A DNA stretch of 64,000 bases from Amoebidium appalachense (lineage: Eukaryota; Protista; Ichthyosporea). The translations under genes and the position numbers were made by a program. Each line of letters begins with the position of its first letter. Positions within the stretch are counted from its first letter, which is position 1. The notes beneath the pieces are model-generated. The model worked only from the letters and a program-made list of their open reading frames with translations. It ran no database searches and had not been told where the DNA came from. Of the stretch, positions 35,050 to 62,931 are shown piece after piece. Where the stretch lies: positions 5,406,889 to 5,470,888 of the forward strand of contig CAVNZM010000012.1 of the NCBI GenBank assembly GCA_963693365.1, written 5' to 3'.

Positions 35050-36228
35050 ATGCCAGCCTTTTCGATTTTCTGTCGCGAGTTCTTTCCCATGTTTGGATCA
35101 TGCTCGTTTGGATCATGCTCGTCAAAACATGCGCAAATGTCTGGTGCTGCTCACGCTGGCCTTGCCCTGCGCGAGGCCAGTGGGAATTTGTGCTCGCTAG
35201 ATGGCAGTAACTTCCACGCACATGGCACAGAAACTGAAGATCTAATGGATTTTGCTTTCCAGAAAGGTTTGCTTGAAACAGCTCCAGTCTCTCTCAGAAG
35301 CAATTGTGACGGTCTTTGTGACACCCACTTCCACGCATTGGGAAAGCTAAAATATACCTGCTTAGATCAATTGCACACAGACAACGGTAACATTGACATG
35401 ACGCTAAAGCTAGCAACGGTAGACGCGATGAGGAGTCGTCTTCCTGGCACATATGTCCCAGAAAAGCCACTCAATTGCGCCCCCTGTAAGGTGCGTAGGA
35501 GCAGGGAGACACTCACAAAGAAAAGGAGACAGAACATGGAGGACCAACCACCTAGGAAAGTTACAGTCAACCTCCGAAGCCCAACAGATCAAGCACATGC
35601 ACATGATAATCAGTCGACCCAGTTAAGCGTGACAAGCAAACGACCAGAGCTGAAGGGTTCTCCCCTCGTTGTTTCCTCTGGTTTATGGGCCATTAGCTCA
35701 AACGCAACCCGAGAAGCACACAAGCAGACCGGCGCACCCTATCTTTCCTCTTCTCTACCACCCATCCTTCACTTGGGTTATCACACACAAAACGCTTTCC
35801 CCTTTACACAACAGCAAAACTCGGATACAGTGTTAGCGTTGCCGTACTGTGAAACTGCTACCCTCCCACCGCTGTTCTGCGACAATTCTGCCCCCGAACT
35901 TCCCCCATTGCTTCAGGTTACCCGAGATGTTACTAGATACCCACCCTTCCGCTTTCCAGAAAGCGAGGCCCGTCGTATTGGTGCCTCACTATCAACACAC
36001 GCAACGGTTACCATACCAAGGTTAGCTAAACTTGCATCAACCGGCCCACTTTCTTCTTCCTTAGCAACCACCTTTAGCCCTTCTTCCTTGCTCCCGTTCC
36101 CCTCCCTTCCGCCCTTATGTAAACCATGTACCCATGATACACAAGATCCCACCACTCTCCTGACGCGACAAACCGAGGCTATCACAACACTCCCACTAGT
36201 ACAGGCAACCGTTCAACACAATGTTTAA
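35050..36228 (+). CDS. Uninterrupted ~392-aa ORF: Cys/His-rich N-terminal domain, basic stretch and Pro/Ser/Thr-rich tail (putative zinc-binding regulator)
   Basis: First ATG at 35050 within the 34954-36228 frame. Contains LC...FHAH...CDGLCDTH...C...H...CAPCKVRRSRETLTKKRR and repeated LPP(I/L) motifs. Further Cys/His-rich frames at 36293-36929 may be additional exons. Confidence 0.55.
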   Translation: MPAFSIFCREFFPMFGSCSFGSCSSKHAQMSGAAHAGLALREASGNLCSLDGSNFHAHGTETEDLMDFAFQKGLLETAPVSLRSNCDGLCDTHFHALGKLKYTCLDQLHTDNGNIDMTLKLATVDAMRSRLPGTYVPEKPLNCAPCKVRRSRETLTKKRRQNMEDQPPRKVTVNLRSPTDQAHAHDNQSTQLSVTSKRPELKGSPLVVSSGLWAISSNATREAHKQTGAPYLSSSLPPILHLGYHTQNAFPFTQQQNSDTVLALPYCETATLPPLFCDNSAPELPPLLQVTRDVTRYPPFRFPESEARRIGASLSTHATVTIPRLAKLASTGPLSSSLATTFSPSSLLPFPSLPPLCKPCTHDTQDPTTLLTRQTEAITTLPLVQATVQHNV

Positions 36229-37595
36229 TCGCTGTCCCAAAAGTTGAACCGTTCTATCACCGTTGGCACCACCACGGCTTTCCTCTCTGCAGATCCCCAC
36301 GATGACTCCACCTCTGATGTTTACACTGTTAAGGAAGACGGACAAAGGATAATGCTGAGTGATACAATGATGCAGAATAGTCTCTGTCCGCTTTTTCTGC
36401 AGCGAAAAATGGGCTGCTTGGCTTCTCGTCTTGACTGGCTCCAGGAGGAAGGTATCCCTATCATGATGAACCATCAGAGTATCGGGAGCTGGCAGACGAA
36501 GCGGCGCCTGGTTTGTATGACTGCCTCCGTCATATGAACACATGCCACACCCCAAACCGACCCCACGGGCCAGACAAACTCGATTCCGACCTAATCGAGC
36601 GCCGCACTGTCGCCATGTGTTATGATGCTGCCTACTCCCATAACCACATATGCAACCATTCACCCCAAGCTTTCAACGAGTTGCTATCCCATCTGTTGTG
36701 TTGCACACCAAGAAAGCGTTTGTTTTGCGGCCGGCAAATAAGGAAACCCAATAATAGTGGTTGTGCGCTTTTGCTTGTCATGAACGTGTGCTCAGGCTCC
36801 TGCTCTGATCCTGGAAGTGGGGATTGTGTGCATGCAGAACAATTGGTATTGAGCGGCACACCGAGTGAATATTTACATACTGCTTGCCCGAGCCTTTCGA
36901 ACAGGCTGAGTCGCGGATACCCCTACTGAACATGACATAATGTGCACACTCAAAATTACTCATAAGGCCCACAGGGGTCAGATAATATATCATGGCCACC
37001 ACCACTTGCCTAAATATGGCTACCATATCAACACCGCCACATTCAAACCTACAGCTCCACCACGGCACACCCGAACTACCTTTAGCACAGACAGTCCCGT
37101 AAACCTTGTCAAACCTCCCCCGTGGTGGTCAACTAAACCACAAATAGTGGTCGTTAACTAGAACGTTGGACACCATTCTTTGTGTGTATCAATCGTTCTG
37201 CCATATATGCATGTCCGCAGCCCGGACAGTGTCTGTAAAGGTGGTAAACTGTCGCAATTAAATAGTTAGTAAATATAATTCTCTAGGAGGCCAGTCACGA
37301 ATATTATGACTGATGACGCCTAGGAGTGTGGACAGAGGCAACGGTGCACGTGGAAGACGGTAGCCTCTGCTCTCTGTGAGGTGAAATGGGTACTTTCAGG
37401 GGGTGTAAAAAAAAAATCAAATTAATTAAATTATTGTGCCAAGTACACACCGCAGTATAGAAAAGATTAAGGCTTTGATGCAAGCAGCGGTGTTGTTAGA
37501 AACGACCGGTTCGCGAAGAGGGGGGGAGGGGGGGGGGGGATTTCAGCAGATTATCAGAAAGGAAAGGAAAATAACCCCCCCCCCCCCCCCCCGAG

Positions 37596-37672
<77 letters not shown>

Positions 37673-38260
37673 ACCACCACCACCAATGTCGTGTAGGGAA
37701 TATGTGAATTGCAGATGCATGCATGTGAAATAGCTAGTGGGCAACTTGTGTACGTGCGGCCCTGGTACCGGTGGTGTTGCAAACATGATCATGAAACATC
37801 CCCAGAGAGGGGCCACCCAGTGTGTAACTACAGCATTTTCATTCATTTTACCGGCCAAAGGCAGGCGCACTGACTACATGTCTAATACTACACATTGGCC
37901 ACCCCTCACTGAAACCTTTCTACACGTGAAACAGATATAGGCTACATAAGGGATTCGATATGATATATTATGTATCTTGTGGCTTCCTTCTTTCCCTCCT
38001 GTACGCTTGAACCCCATTCGGATATGTTTACAACGTACAAAGGCATAGAAAATTAATATACAAAATATAAAGACCATTCACAAGATCATTTGCACCACAT
38101 TATTAATTCCGGTCATCAAATTAACACATTTGCATGCCCAGAAGCATTGTTGGTACGTACATGGTGAAAAAACATTAACACCAAAATACATACATATTTA
38201 CAATGCTACGGTCATATTAAACAGTTATTTCGTAAACAAACCCCTCAAGAATAGTTTCCT

Positions 38261-54232
<15,972 letters not shown>

Positions 54233-54619
54233 TTTCCGCTTGCCAATCCCTAGCAAAAAACCATAGATCTGGCGGCCGAGCAGCCACCATATGTCACTAT
54301 AATGGGTGTGCAGGCTGATATTGCTGCTGGTCTAAGCCTGGCATAAAGAGAAGTAGAGCTTCGAGCATAGATGGGTCGTCAGCTCTGAGGCCTCGAAGCT
54401 GGGGATCACACCCAATTCAGAGTCAAGCAGCTCTCAAGACACTGGGGTCAAATTTATGCCAAAGTGTCCAACTAGCTAGAGCCATACAGCAGCACGGACG
54501 GTAGGTACAACGTACTTTTTGTGTATAGATGCAGAGAGCTGTAGAATTCTTTAACACTCCCAGTTCCCCGTATACAAGCTCGTGCAGCCCCTCTGTTTGC
54601 ACGCAACACCTACCTGGGG

Positions 54620-55140
54620 TGACTGTGCAGACTGTGTGGCGCCAAAACGATGATGACGCAAACAGAATTTGGCCTTGGCCCCCGTGACGTCATCAGACAG
54701 CTGGAAGGACCCCTGACCCGATTCAGCTAATCAATTTATGATCTTTAAGCCGGGTCAACAGCGGAAGTTACTGCCTGATCGACTCACAGACCCGAGTCCC
54801 TTGCAGACCTACGCGCACTGTCGGGAAATATTACAAAGGAATGTTGGTCCGCACACACACTGCTGTCCCTAATGCGCCTTAATCATGAGCTCATGAGTCA
54901 GACATCTTCAATGTAGCAGCTGCAGGGTTTTGAGACTGAGACAATCGCACACTTCATTCGCACTTGATGTTCTTCTCGGGTCGACCCGAACATCTTTTCC
55001 AATTCGATCCAAAATCGAAAACCGAACCTCATTTGATCCGGCCCGAGGATCACGTGTGTGTGACGTCACGGGGCCACGAGTGTTACAAAATGGTTTTTCC
55101 AAGTGTCACACAGTCAGAGATTTGTCGGTCACTCGCACCC
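54620..55140. promoter_or_regulatory. Bidirectional promoter region between UBE2O (minus) and eIF2-alpha (plus)
   Basis: Start codons lie ~1.05 kb apart, head to head. TGACGTCA (CRE) at ~54685 and ~55061, CGGAAGT at ~54762, CACGTG at ~55051, recurrent GACCCG. Confidence 0.55.
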
Positions 55141-55280
55141 TCTTTGAGTTAGTGGGGCGTTTTTTTTTTTGCTTTGGTCAGCGTTAGGCTACGCATACCT
55201 CTTTGTAGAGCAGAGGGTAAATATATACTTATACATTTAGCCCCGTTTTGTCCTTGTAGGACGCAAAGAAAGTATCGAAA

Positions 55281-56013
55281 ATGGTGCAGTCCTGCCGGTT
55301 TTACGAGAACAAGTACCCCGAAGTCAACGACATCGTCGTTGTAAACGTGCGCTCCATCGCAGACATGGGTGCGTACGTGTCTCTTTTGGAGTACGATAAC
55401 ATCGAGGGTATGATTCTTCTTTCCGAACTTTCGCGTAGGCGTATTCGTTCCATTAACAAGCTGATTCGAGTGGGGAGAAACGAGGTGGTGATGGTGGTGC
55501 GTGTGGACAAGGACAAGGGCTACATCGATCTGTCCAAGCGCCGTGTGTCCCGTGAGGAGGTGAGTTTCCTTGACACTTATACTTGATGGATCTATTAAGT
55601 TTTTTTTTTTTTTTTTGGTGAACAAACTCTGTGAGTTCCTTAGCCTGGCGGTTTGTTGGGAAATTCAGTACTGGCTCTTAGCGTTGCATGCTATAAACAC
55701 TGCTTCTTCAAATACTGGGCCTGAGATTGGGCACACGTATGCGCTGCATAGCAGTCACGGAGGTACGGTAACAGCTTGATCTTGATTATGATGACAATTC
55801 TTTGGTGTTGATTGTTTCATGTTCCGAAAAAACCGTTTCTTGACTCGACGTTACACATACACACACACACAAACACAGCGTCCCACAAGCATACAACACA
55901 GAAACACATGCAATAATTGAGCGCGAGCACACACTCAAAGCTTTCGGCACACACAGAAACGAAACACGCACAACACACACACACACACACACACACACAC
56001 CAGCAGCGTATGT

Positions 56014-56083
<70 letters not shown>

Positions 56084-57511
56084 AGCAGCGAAGTAGCTGC
56101 ACACACACGCACACACGTACCAGCATCGAAGTAGCTGCGGGGTTGCTTCTTTTGCTTTTATTGGCACAGAGATGTGTATATGAAAATACTGTTGTCCGCG
56201 TCGACAAGCTGTGCTTTCACATAACTCGTGGGGCTGCTGTCAGCTGTATCTGTGCTACCCCGTCGTTCCGTGTGACTAGTCATCTTTTTCGTGGCACATG
56301 GTTTTTTTTTTCCTTTTTCTTTTCTTCTTTTTTCTGTGGGGGGGGGGGGGGGGGGGGGGGGGGAGATCTCGGGCTGGCTCTTGGATCAATTTCTTTACTG
56401 CAGTTACCACAATTGCAGGGCATGAACTTGTACTGCACACAACACACACACACACATACACACACACATAAAGCCTTGTAGAGATCACACACACAAAGCC
56501 TTGTAGAGATGTTTGCATGGTAGGAAGACTTTGCTTGTCCACACACTACACCCTTTTGATGCGGGGATTTATCGGTGATGCTCTTGTTCCTTCGCCGTTC
56601 TTTTGCTGGCTTCGTGTCTCCAGAATGCAAATCCTCTTTAAGCCGTTCTGCTCTTTAGACAGAAGTGCACAGCTTCCTTCTCTCTGCTCTCCCCCCTTTG
56701 CTCTCTGGTCTGGGTTGTGCTCGAGTTTTTTATACCTGATGGCATGCTTCTTCTCCCCCCTCCCGGAACACACTCTCACATTGCCGTTATATTGTACAAA
56801 TAGCAAGCACCTTTCTTCTGTCCACTCTCCCCTCCCTTCAAACACACACCCACCCGCCCCTTTTCTCTTTGCTTGCTCTGGGTTAAGTGTGGCTATGCAT
56901 GCCTGGAACGCTCAACCAAGGTGAGCCTTGGCTTGTTTGCTGATGCCAGTTGCCTGTACGTGTATCTGCACTTTTGCTACATAAAGCTTGTAACATCATG
57001 CTATTGTCCCTTTCCCCTCCCCCCCCCCCCCCCCCCCCCCCCCCCTTCTTTTTGTTGTTGTGAATGTGCACTCCGTACCCTGTAACACTGATGATCCGCC
57101 TTCCCCTCCCCCCCCCCCCCCCCCCTGGAGACCGCTTTACTTCCATGCAACCGGGCATGGTTGCTCTGTGTCGTGCATCTGTAAGCACATACGCATTTTC
57201 CGCTGCACTGCATTAATTTGCACACACACATTCACCGTTTTGCTCACCTTGCTTGCATAAGCAACCCTGCTCGTCTTTGATTAAGACGGGTTGACCCTCC
57301 CAAGTTCAGTTGATGCTGCTGTCTGAGTTGGAGAGTCGTATATACGCGGGCTAAGGGGTCGAAATCAGACGCAATTGATGACTTGGGCCCTCCCTGAGGA
57401 TGGGCTCTGCTTATGACGCATACTGTGCGTGTGGCTGATGTTGCATGCTTGAATGTTTGCCTTTGCATGTGTCCTTCGTGTATGCGTACTTCGTACCGTG
57501 TTCCGCACTCA

Positions 57512-57543
<32 letters not shown>

Positions 57544-58270
57544 ACCACCACCACCACCACCACCACCCTTCTTGACTCTATCTCGCCTTCCTCATTTTTT
57601 TTTGGGGGGGGGGTGGGGGGGGGAGGGGGGGGGGCACCAGCACTTGCATAACATGCTGGTTTTTGTGTGCGCATTCGGGTGTCCCTGCCTAGACTGTTTC
57701 ATAATGGTTGCGGTTTTCTTTCTCTCCTCTTTTTGGTGTGTGATCTTTTTGGTGTGTGAATGCGTGTGGCTTAGGGGGGGTGGGGGGAGGGGGCTTTTCA
57801 TTTATTGTTTGGTGTGGCGGCGTGAGAAGCATGTGGTTGTGTTTTATATGCTCACCCCTGCTGTGGCAGGGGGGAAGGGGAGGGATTGGAGAAAAAGCAT
57901 GTTTGTTTGTGCACGGAATTTCGGGTCTCCAATTTGTATCGTCTCTCTCTCTCCCCTCCCCCCCCCCCCCCCCCCCCCTCCCCCTCCCCCACCCACCCAC
58001 CCACCCACCCACCCATCCCCTTGCCCACCCACCCACGTTTAGGACAAGCACATCTTTAAGATTTCGTTGACGTGTTGAGCCCACCCACCCACGTTTAGGA
58101 CAAGCACATCTTTAAGATTTCGTTGACGTGTTGGATAGGTCGGAAAACCCGGATACTGTGATGGTTTGAGTTCTACCTGAGGATTGGCTCTGCCTTTAAT
58201 GCGTAATGTTTACTTGTGCTTTGCAGCATGCATCGTGTGGTCCGTCATGAATAGACAGCTCGTACTCTAT

Positions 58271-58305
<35 letters not shown>

Positions 58306-58878
58306 TTCGTTCTCTTCTCTTCCAAAACACACACACACATACAGGCAGGAAAAAACTAATGAAGGATTGGGAATGAAAGAACCTTGAGGCAAAGAAAGAA
58401 GGGGGAAATATGTGGGTGGGGGTTGGTGATTGGGGGGAGGGGGGGGGGGGGGAGATACCCGTTACGTTTTCTGTACGTGGTTCCTTGGCGTGTGCATAGA
58501 GAAAATCCCTTCTCTTGATATGGTAGCTTGTTCCATAGGCACGGTTTTTTTTTTCTCCGGGGGGGGGGGGGGGGGAGGGGGGGTGCCTTCCTGGCTGCCT
58601 GCATGTTTACTGTGCTCTTTTTTTGCGACAGGTTTTTTTGTGGGGCAGAGGGGAATGTGGTGGTGGTGGGGGGGGGGGGGGGGGGGGGGGGGGGGCTTAG
58701 GAGGCAAGCTGATGTGGATTAGGTGTGTGTGGGCGTGATGTCGTGCTGTCTGATGGTTGCCCAGAGTGTAGGTACCTTGGTCACCGCTGCTGCCAGCCCA
58801 GTGCCAATCTCCCTTTATCCTTTGCCAGGGCCACAGTTGACCTACACCGCACACGCATGAACTGAACTTCTACTCTCC

Positions 58879-58909
<31 letters not shown>

Positions 58910-59865
58910 GTCGCTTTCTTGTGCAAGTAGTGAAATGCACACCGCCCAATGTCTAATCATACCTTTCTTTTTCTGTGCAGGTAGTGAAATGCGAGGAGAA
59001 GTTCCAGAAGGTCAAGGCTGTCAACGGGATCCTTCGGCACGTTGCAGACATTGTGAACTGCGACCTTGAGGAGCTGCACGAGAAGACGGCCTGGAAGCTG
59101 GCCAAGGTCTACGGCAACATGTACGACGCATTCAAGCGCGCAATCACAGACCCTGACGAGGTCATGGCCCACTGCGACCTGGACGACCGCACAAAGGAGG
59201 TGCTGCTCACGAATATTCAGCGCAGGCTCACCTCCCAGCCCATCAAGGTGTGTGGGTGGGTGGGTGGGTGTGGGGGGGGGGGGGGGGGGTGGATGGGTGG
59301 GTGGGGGGAGGGAGAGGGTGCGAATGTGTGTTTGTTTGTTTTTGCGGGGGGGGGGGGGGGGAGGGGGGGGGGGGTTGCAAGTATGGATTGACATGTCAAA
59401 AGGGGTGCATGTTGTTGATGCGGGCTCGGTGCCTGTGTGTTTTGATGCAGGTGGATGTGTATTCTTTGGTGGTGTGAGTGCGTGTGTGTGGTAGGGTTGT
59501 GTATGTGTGTGTGTTTGAAGGGGGCAGGGGGGGTTGGAGAAGGCTGTGTGTGTGTTGGGAAGTGTGGAGGGGTGGGAGGGGGGGGGGGGGGGGGGGGATG
59601 TAGGAGTGTTTTCTTATGAGCTTGAGTGGGGTGAAGTCTGTGTGCTGAGTGCATGGGGGCTGCAGGTGCGTGCGGACGTGGACGTGTCGTGCTTTGCATA
59701 TGAGGGTGTGGATGCGGTCAAGACGGCACTGCGGACGGGTCTTGCTATGAGCAAGGAGGACATGCCCATCAAGATCAACCTGGTGGCTCCCCCCCTCTAC
59801 GTCATCACTACGTCATCCCTCGACAAGGACAAGGGCATCCAGGCCCTCACAGACGTCGTCCAGGT

Positions 59866-59927
<62 letters not shown>

Positions 59928-60800
59928 ATCGTGTGTGTGTGTGTGCATCGTGTGTATGTGCATGTGTTCTTGAATGTGTGCGTGTGTATGTGCATATGGT
60001 TGTGGGCGTGGGTGTTGGGTGCTTGATGGCAGGGTGTCCATTTGTGTGTGTGTGTGTGTGTGTGTATTTGGGGGGGGGGGGGGGGGGGGAAGGGGGATCC
60101 GTTGGAGCACGAATGTCTGTTGTGGACGACCACTTCACTCCCTGGAGTGTCATGTGCTGTCATTTTATGTGTTTGTGATGTGTGTGTGTCGGGGAGAGGG
60201 CGGGGAGGTGTTGATATGTCCATGTGGGACATTTATTTTCAACATGCCGTGTGTTATGCTGTGCGTGAGCAAGTCCAGGAGAAGAAAGAAGATCTGCCGG
60301 TTGTCAGGATGCTGTTTCTAGCCGTGTTCTTTTTCCTGTTTGATGACCCATTCTGTATACTTTGTGTGTCACCAGTATGTGTGATTGTAATTGTTTGATT
60401 TCGGGGGGGGGGGGGGGGGGGGGGGGGGGTTGGAGGCAAACTTTTGATTCCCGTTTGGTGGGTCCTGCCTCGACGGCCTCTTGTTCCCCTCTCTCTATGT
60501 GTATGTGTGGGTGTGCTGGTGTGCCTCCCTTTTGTGTATATGTGCATGTGTTCTTACCTTTGTCTCTGGCTGCAGGTGATCAAGGACAAGATCACGGAGC
60601 TTGGTGGCCAGCTTGAGGTGCGCAAGGAGGCCCGGGCAGTCAACGAGACGGACGACCGTGAGCTGCAGCAGATGATGGACGAGGAGCTGCGCCGCCAGAC
60701 AGAGGAGGGAGACAGCGACGAGGGGGAGGATAACGAGGGTATCAGCGCACCGGGTATCGGCGCACCGGCGGCTGCTGAGGGCAACGATTTTGATGAATAG
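55281..60800 (+). CDS. EIF2S1: Eukaryotic translation initiation factor 2 subunit alpha (322 aa)
   Basis: Exons 55281-55559, 58981-59247, 59666-59863 and 60576-60800, all phase-0 GT-AG. Contains [34 protein letters not shown] (conserved phospho-Ser), [23 protein letters not shown] and an acidic tail. Confidence 0.98.
57247..57513 (+). repeat. Structured poly(C)-ended repeat family, copy B (eIF2-alpha intron 1, sense)
   Basis: Homologous to copies A, C and D. Followed by a C-run at 57514-57543. Confidence 0.8.
58037..58271 (+). repeat. Structured poly(C)-ended repeat family, copy D, 5'-truncated with a 54-bp tandem duplication at its 5' junction
   Basis: TTTCGTTGACG...ATAGGTCGGAAAACCCGGATACTGTG...CCTGAGGATTGGCTCTGC...GCATCGTGT..TCCGT...TCGTACT then a C-run at 58272. 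58024-58077 is duplicated at 58080-58133. Confidence 0.7.
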
Positions 60801-61304
60801 ATGGCTAGATTAGATGAGGTTAATGAAGGGGAAGGGGGGGGGGGGGGGGGGGGGGGTATGCACAGTGGCACAGTGTAGGCATGTATGGACGGGTAGTTCA
60901 TGTGTACTAGATTTAAGTGATTGTGTGTGTTGTAGGGTGTTTGTTTTGTACTGGATTTGATGTGTTTGGTTGGAGTGTGTGGCGTGGTGAAGCGGGTGCA
61001 TTGTTGTACATGGTTTTTTTTCTGGTTAGTTTTTTTTTTGGTTTTATGTTAGATATTGTTGCAGCCCTGATTCAGAATTAGAGTACACCCGGTGTGTGCC
61101 TGGCCTCTTTATATTCACAAAGTTCCCAGCAACGATTTTCTTCGTAACTTTTGCGCTGGAACTTTTGCGCTGGCTGTCTGGTTGCCATGCCAGCAAATAA
61201 AGTTCTCATTATGACAGTCGGAGTGTTTTCAAATCAGGTTATTGCGCAATATGTTGTTATTGCCATCATCGGCCATTGCATGCAACCCCAACCCCCCCCT
61301 CCCC

Positions 61305-61462
61305 GGGCTCTGGGGCCGAAACTCAGACGCAATTGATGACTTGAGCGGCAAGTCGGGCCCTGCCTGTGTTTGCCTTTGCATGCATATGTGTCCTGCACCA
61401 TGCTGTACACATGCTTCTCACGATCGTGTAACTATGTGTACTTCGTACCGTGTTCCGCATTC

Positions 61463-61463
<1 letters not shown>
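61305..61463 (+). repeat. Structured poly(C)-ended repeat family, copy C (5'-truncated, C-runs on both sides)
   Basis: GGGGCCGAAACTCAGACGCAATTGATGACTTG, TGTTTGCCTTTGCATG and TATGTGTACTTCGTACCGTGTTCCGCA match copy B. Confidence 0.8.
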
Positions 61464-61498
<35 letters not shown>

Positions 61499-61499
61499 T

Positions 61500-61765
61500 G
61501 CCGGCGGCCAGCGCGTGCGACTGCAACAGCGTGGGCAAGTGCTCGGTGTACGGCACGTGCTACACACCCGCCACAGCCGCTGAGTACAACAAGCTGATCG
61601 ATGCAGGGGGGGAGGTGACGGCGCCAACGCAGTTCGAGGGCAGCCCCAAGGGCTCGAACGAAACGTTTTTCAGCATCATGCCGGGCACAAGCATCCACGT
61701 GCAGGCCGGGCAGAGCCTCACGAAGGTGCTGAAAAACTGGCGGCGCGCGGTGCGATGCGGTGGTC
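61500..61765 (+). CDS. Orphan coding exon or gene fragment, Cys-containing, unknown product
   Basis: SACDCNSVGKCSVYGTCYTPATAAEYNKLIDAGGEVTAPTQFEGSPKGSNETFFSIMPGTSIHVQAGQSLTKVLKNWRR. Same strong G/C third-position bias as eIF2-alpha exons 2-4. Partner exons not identified. Confidence 0.5.
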
Positions 61766-62931
61766 ACGGTGGTCAAGTGCACACAGTACCAGAGCTACTT
61801 TCGTGGCGGCGTGCAGCTGTGTGAGCTGGGCTCGTCCAGTGACGATGGCTACCAGTGCACCCGCAGCACGTGCTGCAACTATTGTAGTTTGGTCCAGTAA
61901 GTGCCGATAGTATTTTTAGTGTAAAGCAGTATGTCTGAATGGTTCGCCAAATGGTAAAACGAAGAAGCATTTATACCCGCCCTGTTGTTCTCGAGCGGGA
62001 GGAGGCAGCGGTGAGAGATGACACGTGTTCGGTCAGTCGGCGGTAACGGCTACATAGCGGTGCAAGCTGATTGGCCCTAACGGGTAGAATGTTAAGCTCA
62101 GTCGTATGTATCTTTAGTGATTGGATATAGATCAGGTATAGTTATGAAGTGATCCGTAGTTATCAGTAGATAGGTGATATGATTGGTGGCTTTTCCACTG
62201 TTCTAAAAATGTGAGTGAGCCGCGTACCAGCTTTGTAGAGCTGGCTGTGGGCGTCGTTCGTTCAGTTCTTGTTTTTAGAGCTAGTGTGTAGGTGAAAAGA
62301 AAAAAGGGGAGGGAGCAACGTGATAAGGTAATAATTAGGCTGTTTGGGTGTTTTCTTGGTTTGGTGGCACCTTGTGTAAAGGGGCAGAAGCTGAGACCTC
62401 AGTCTGATTAGTTGGTGCCTTACGGTTTGCTCTTGCTTTCTCTTTGGTTTTCGTTTTAGCGTTTGTGTGAGTGTCTGGCATCAGAGGTAAAAGGGATTTG
62501 TAGAGTTAGTTGGTTGAACTAAGTTTGGTGGTGCTACTGTAAAAGCGCACAAACTAGTTGCCTTAGCTAGCTGTCCTTTTTTCTGTTGACTTCTGCAATT
62601 GTCACACGAATTCTGGCAACTCAACGTTAACCAGCTCGTTCTCCTCATTTTCAAGGTTCCTTTTTTCGCTCTAGATATTAATACGACTTTTACATTTGTC
62701 TTTTCCCTTCAGTATGTTGTTTAGCTCGCTAGCGCTGAGGAGTCTTGTAGAGTGAAAAACTACGTAAATTTTGTCTGTCTCTCTGCCTATACAGTCACAG
62801 TGAACTTTCTGAACTCCAAGCATTACAAATACGTGCTCTGCTTTCCTTGACATGGGCAAGTGAGCCTCTCTTCTTCCCGAGCAGAACTCTCTTATATACG
62901 ACATTGTGAGTCAATGCACGGTCTCTACTAG

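Noticed and set aside
57350-57410. Hammerhead ribozyme (CTGAGGA plus CGAAA) in the repeat family
   Set aside because: Stems I and II cannot be formed around the core and the cleavage triplet would end in G. An HDV-like fit also failed at P3/L3.
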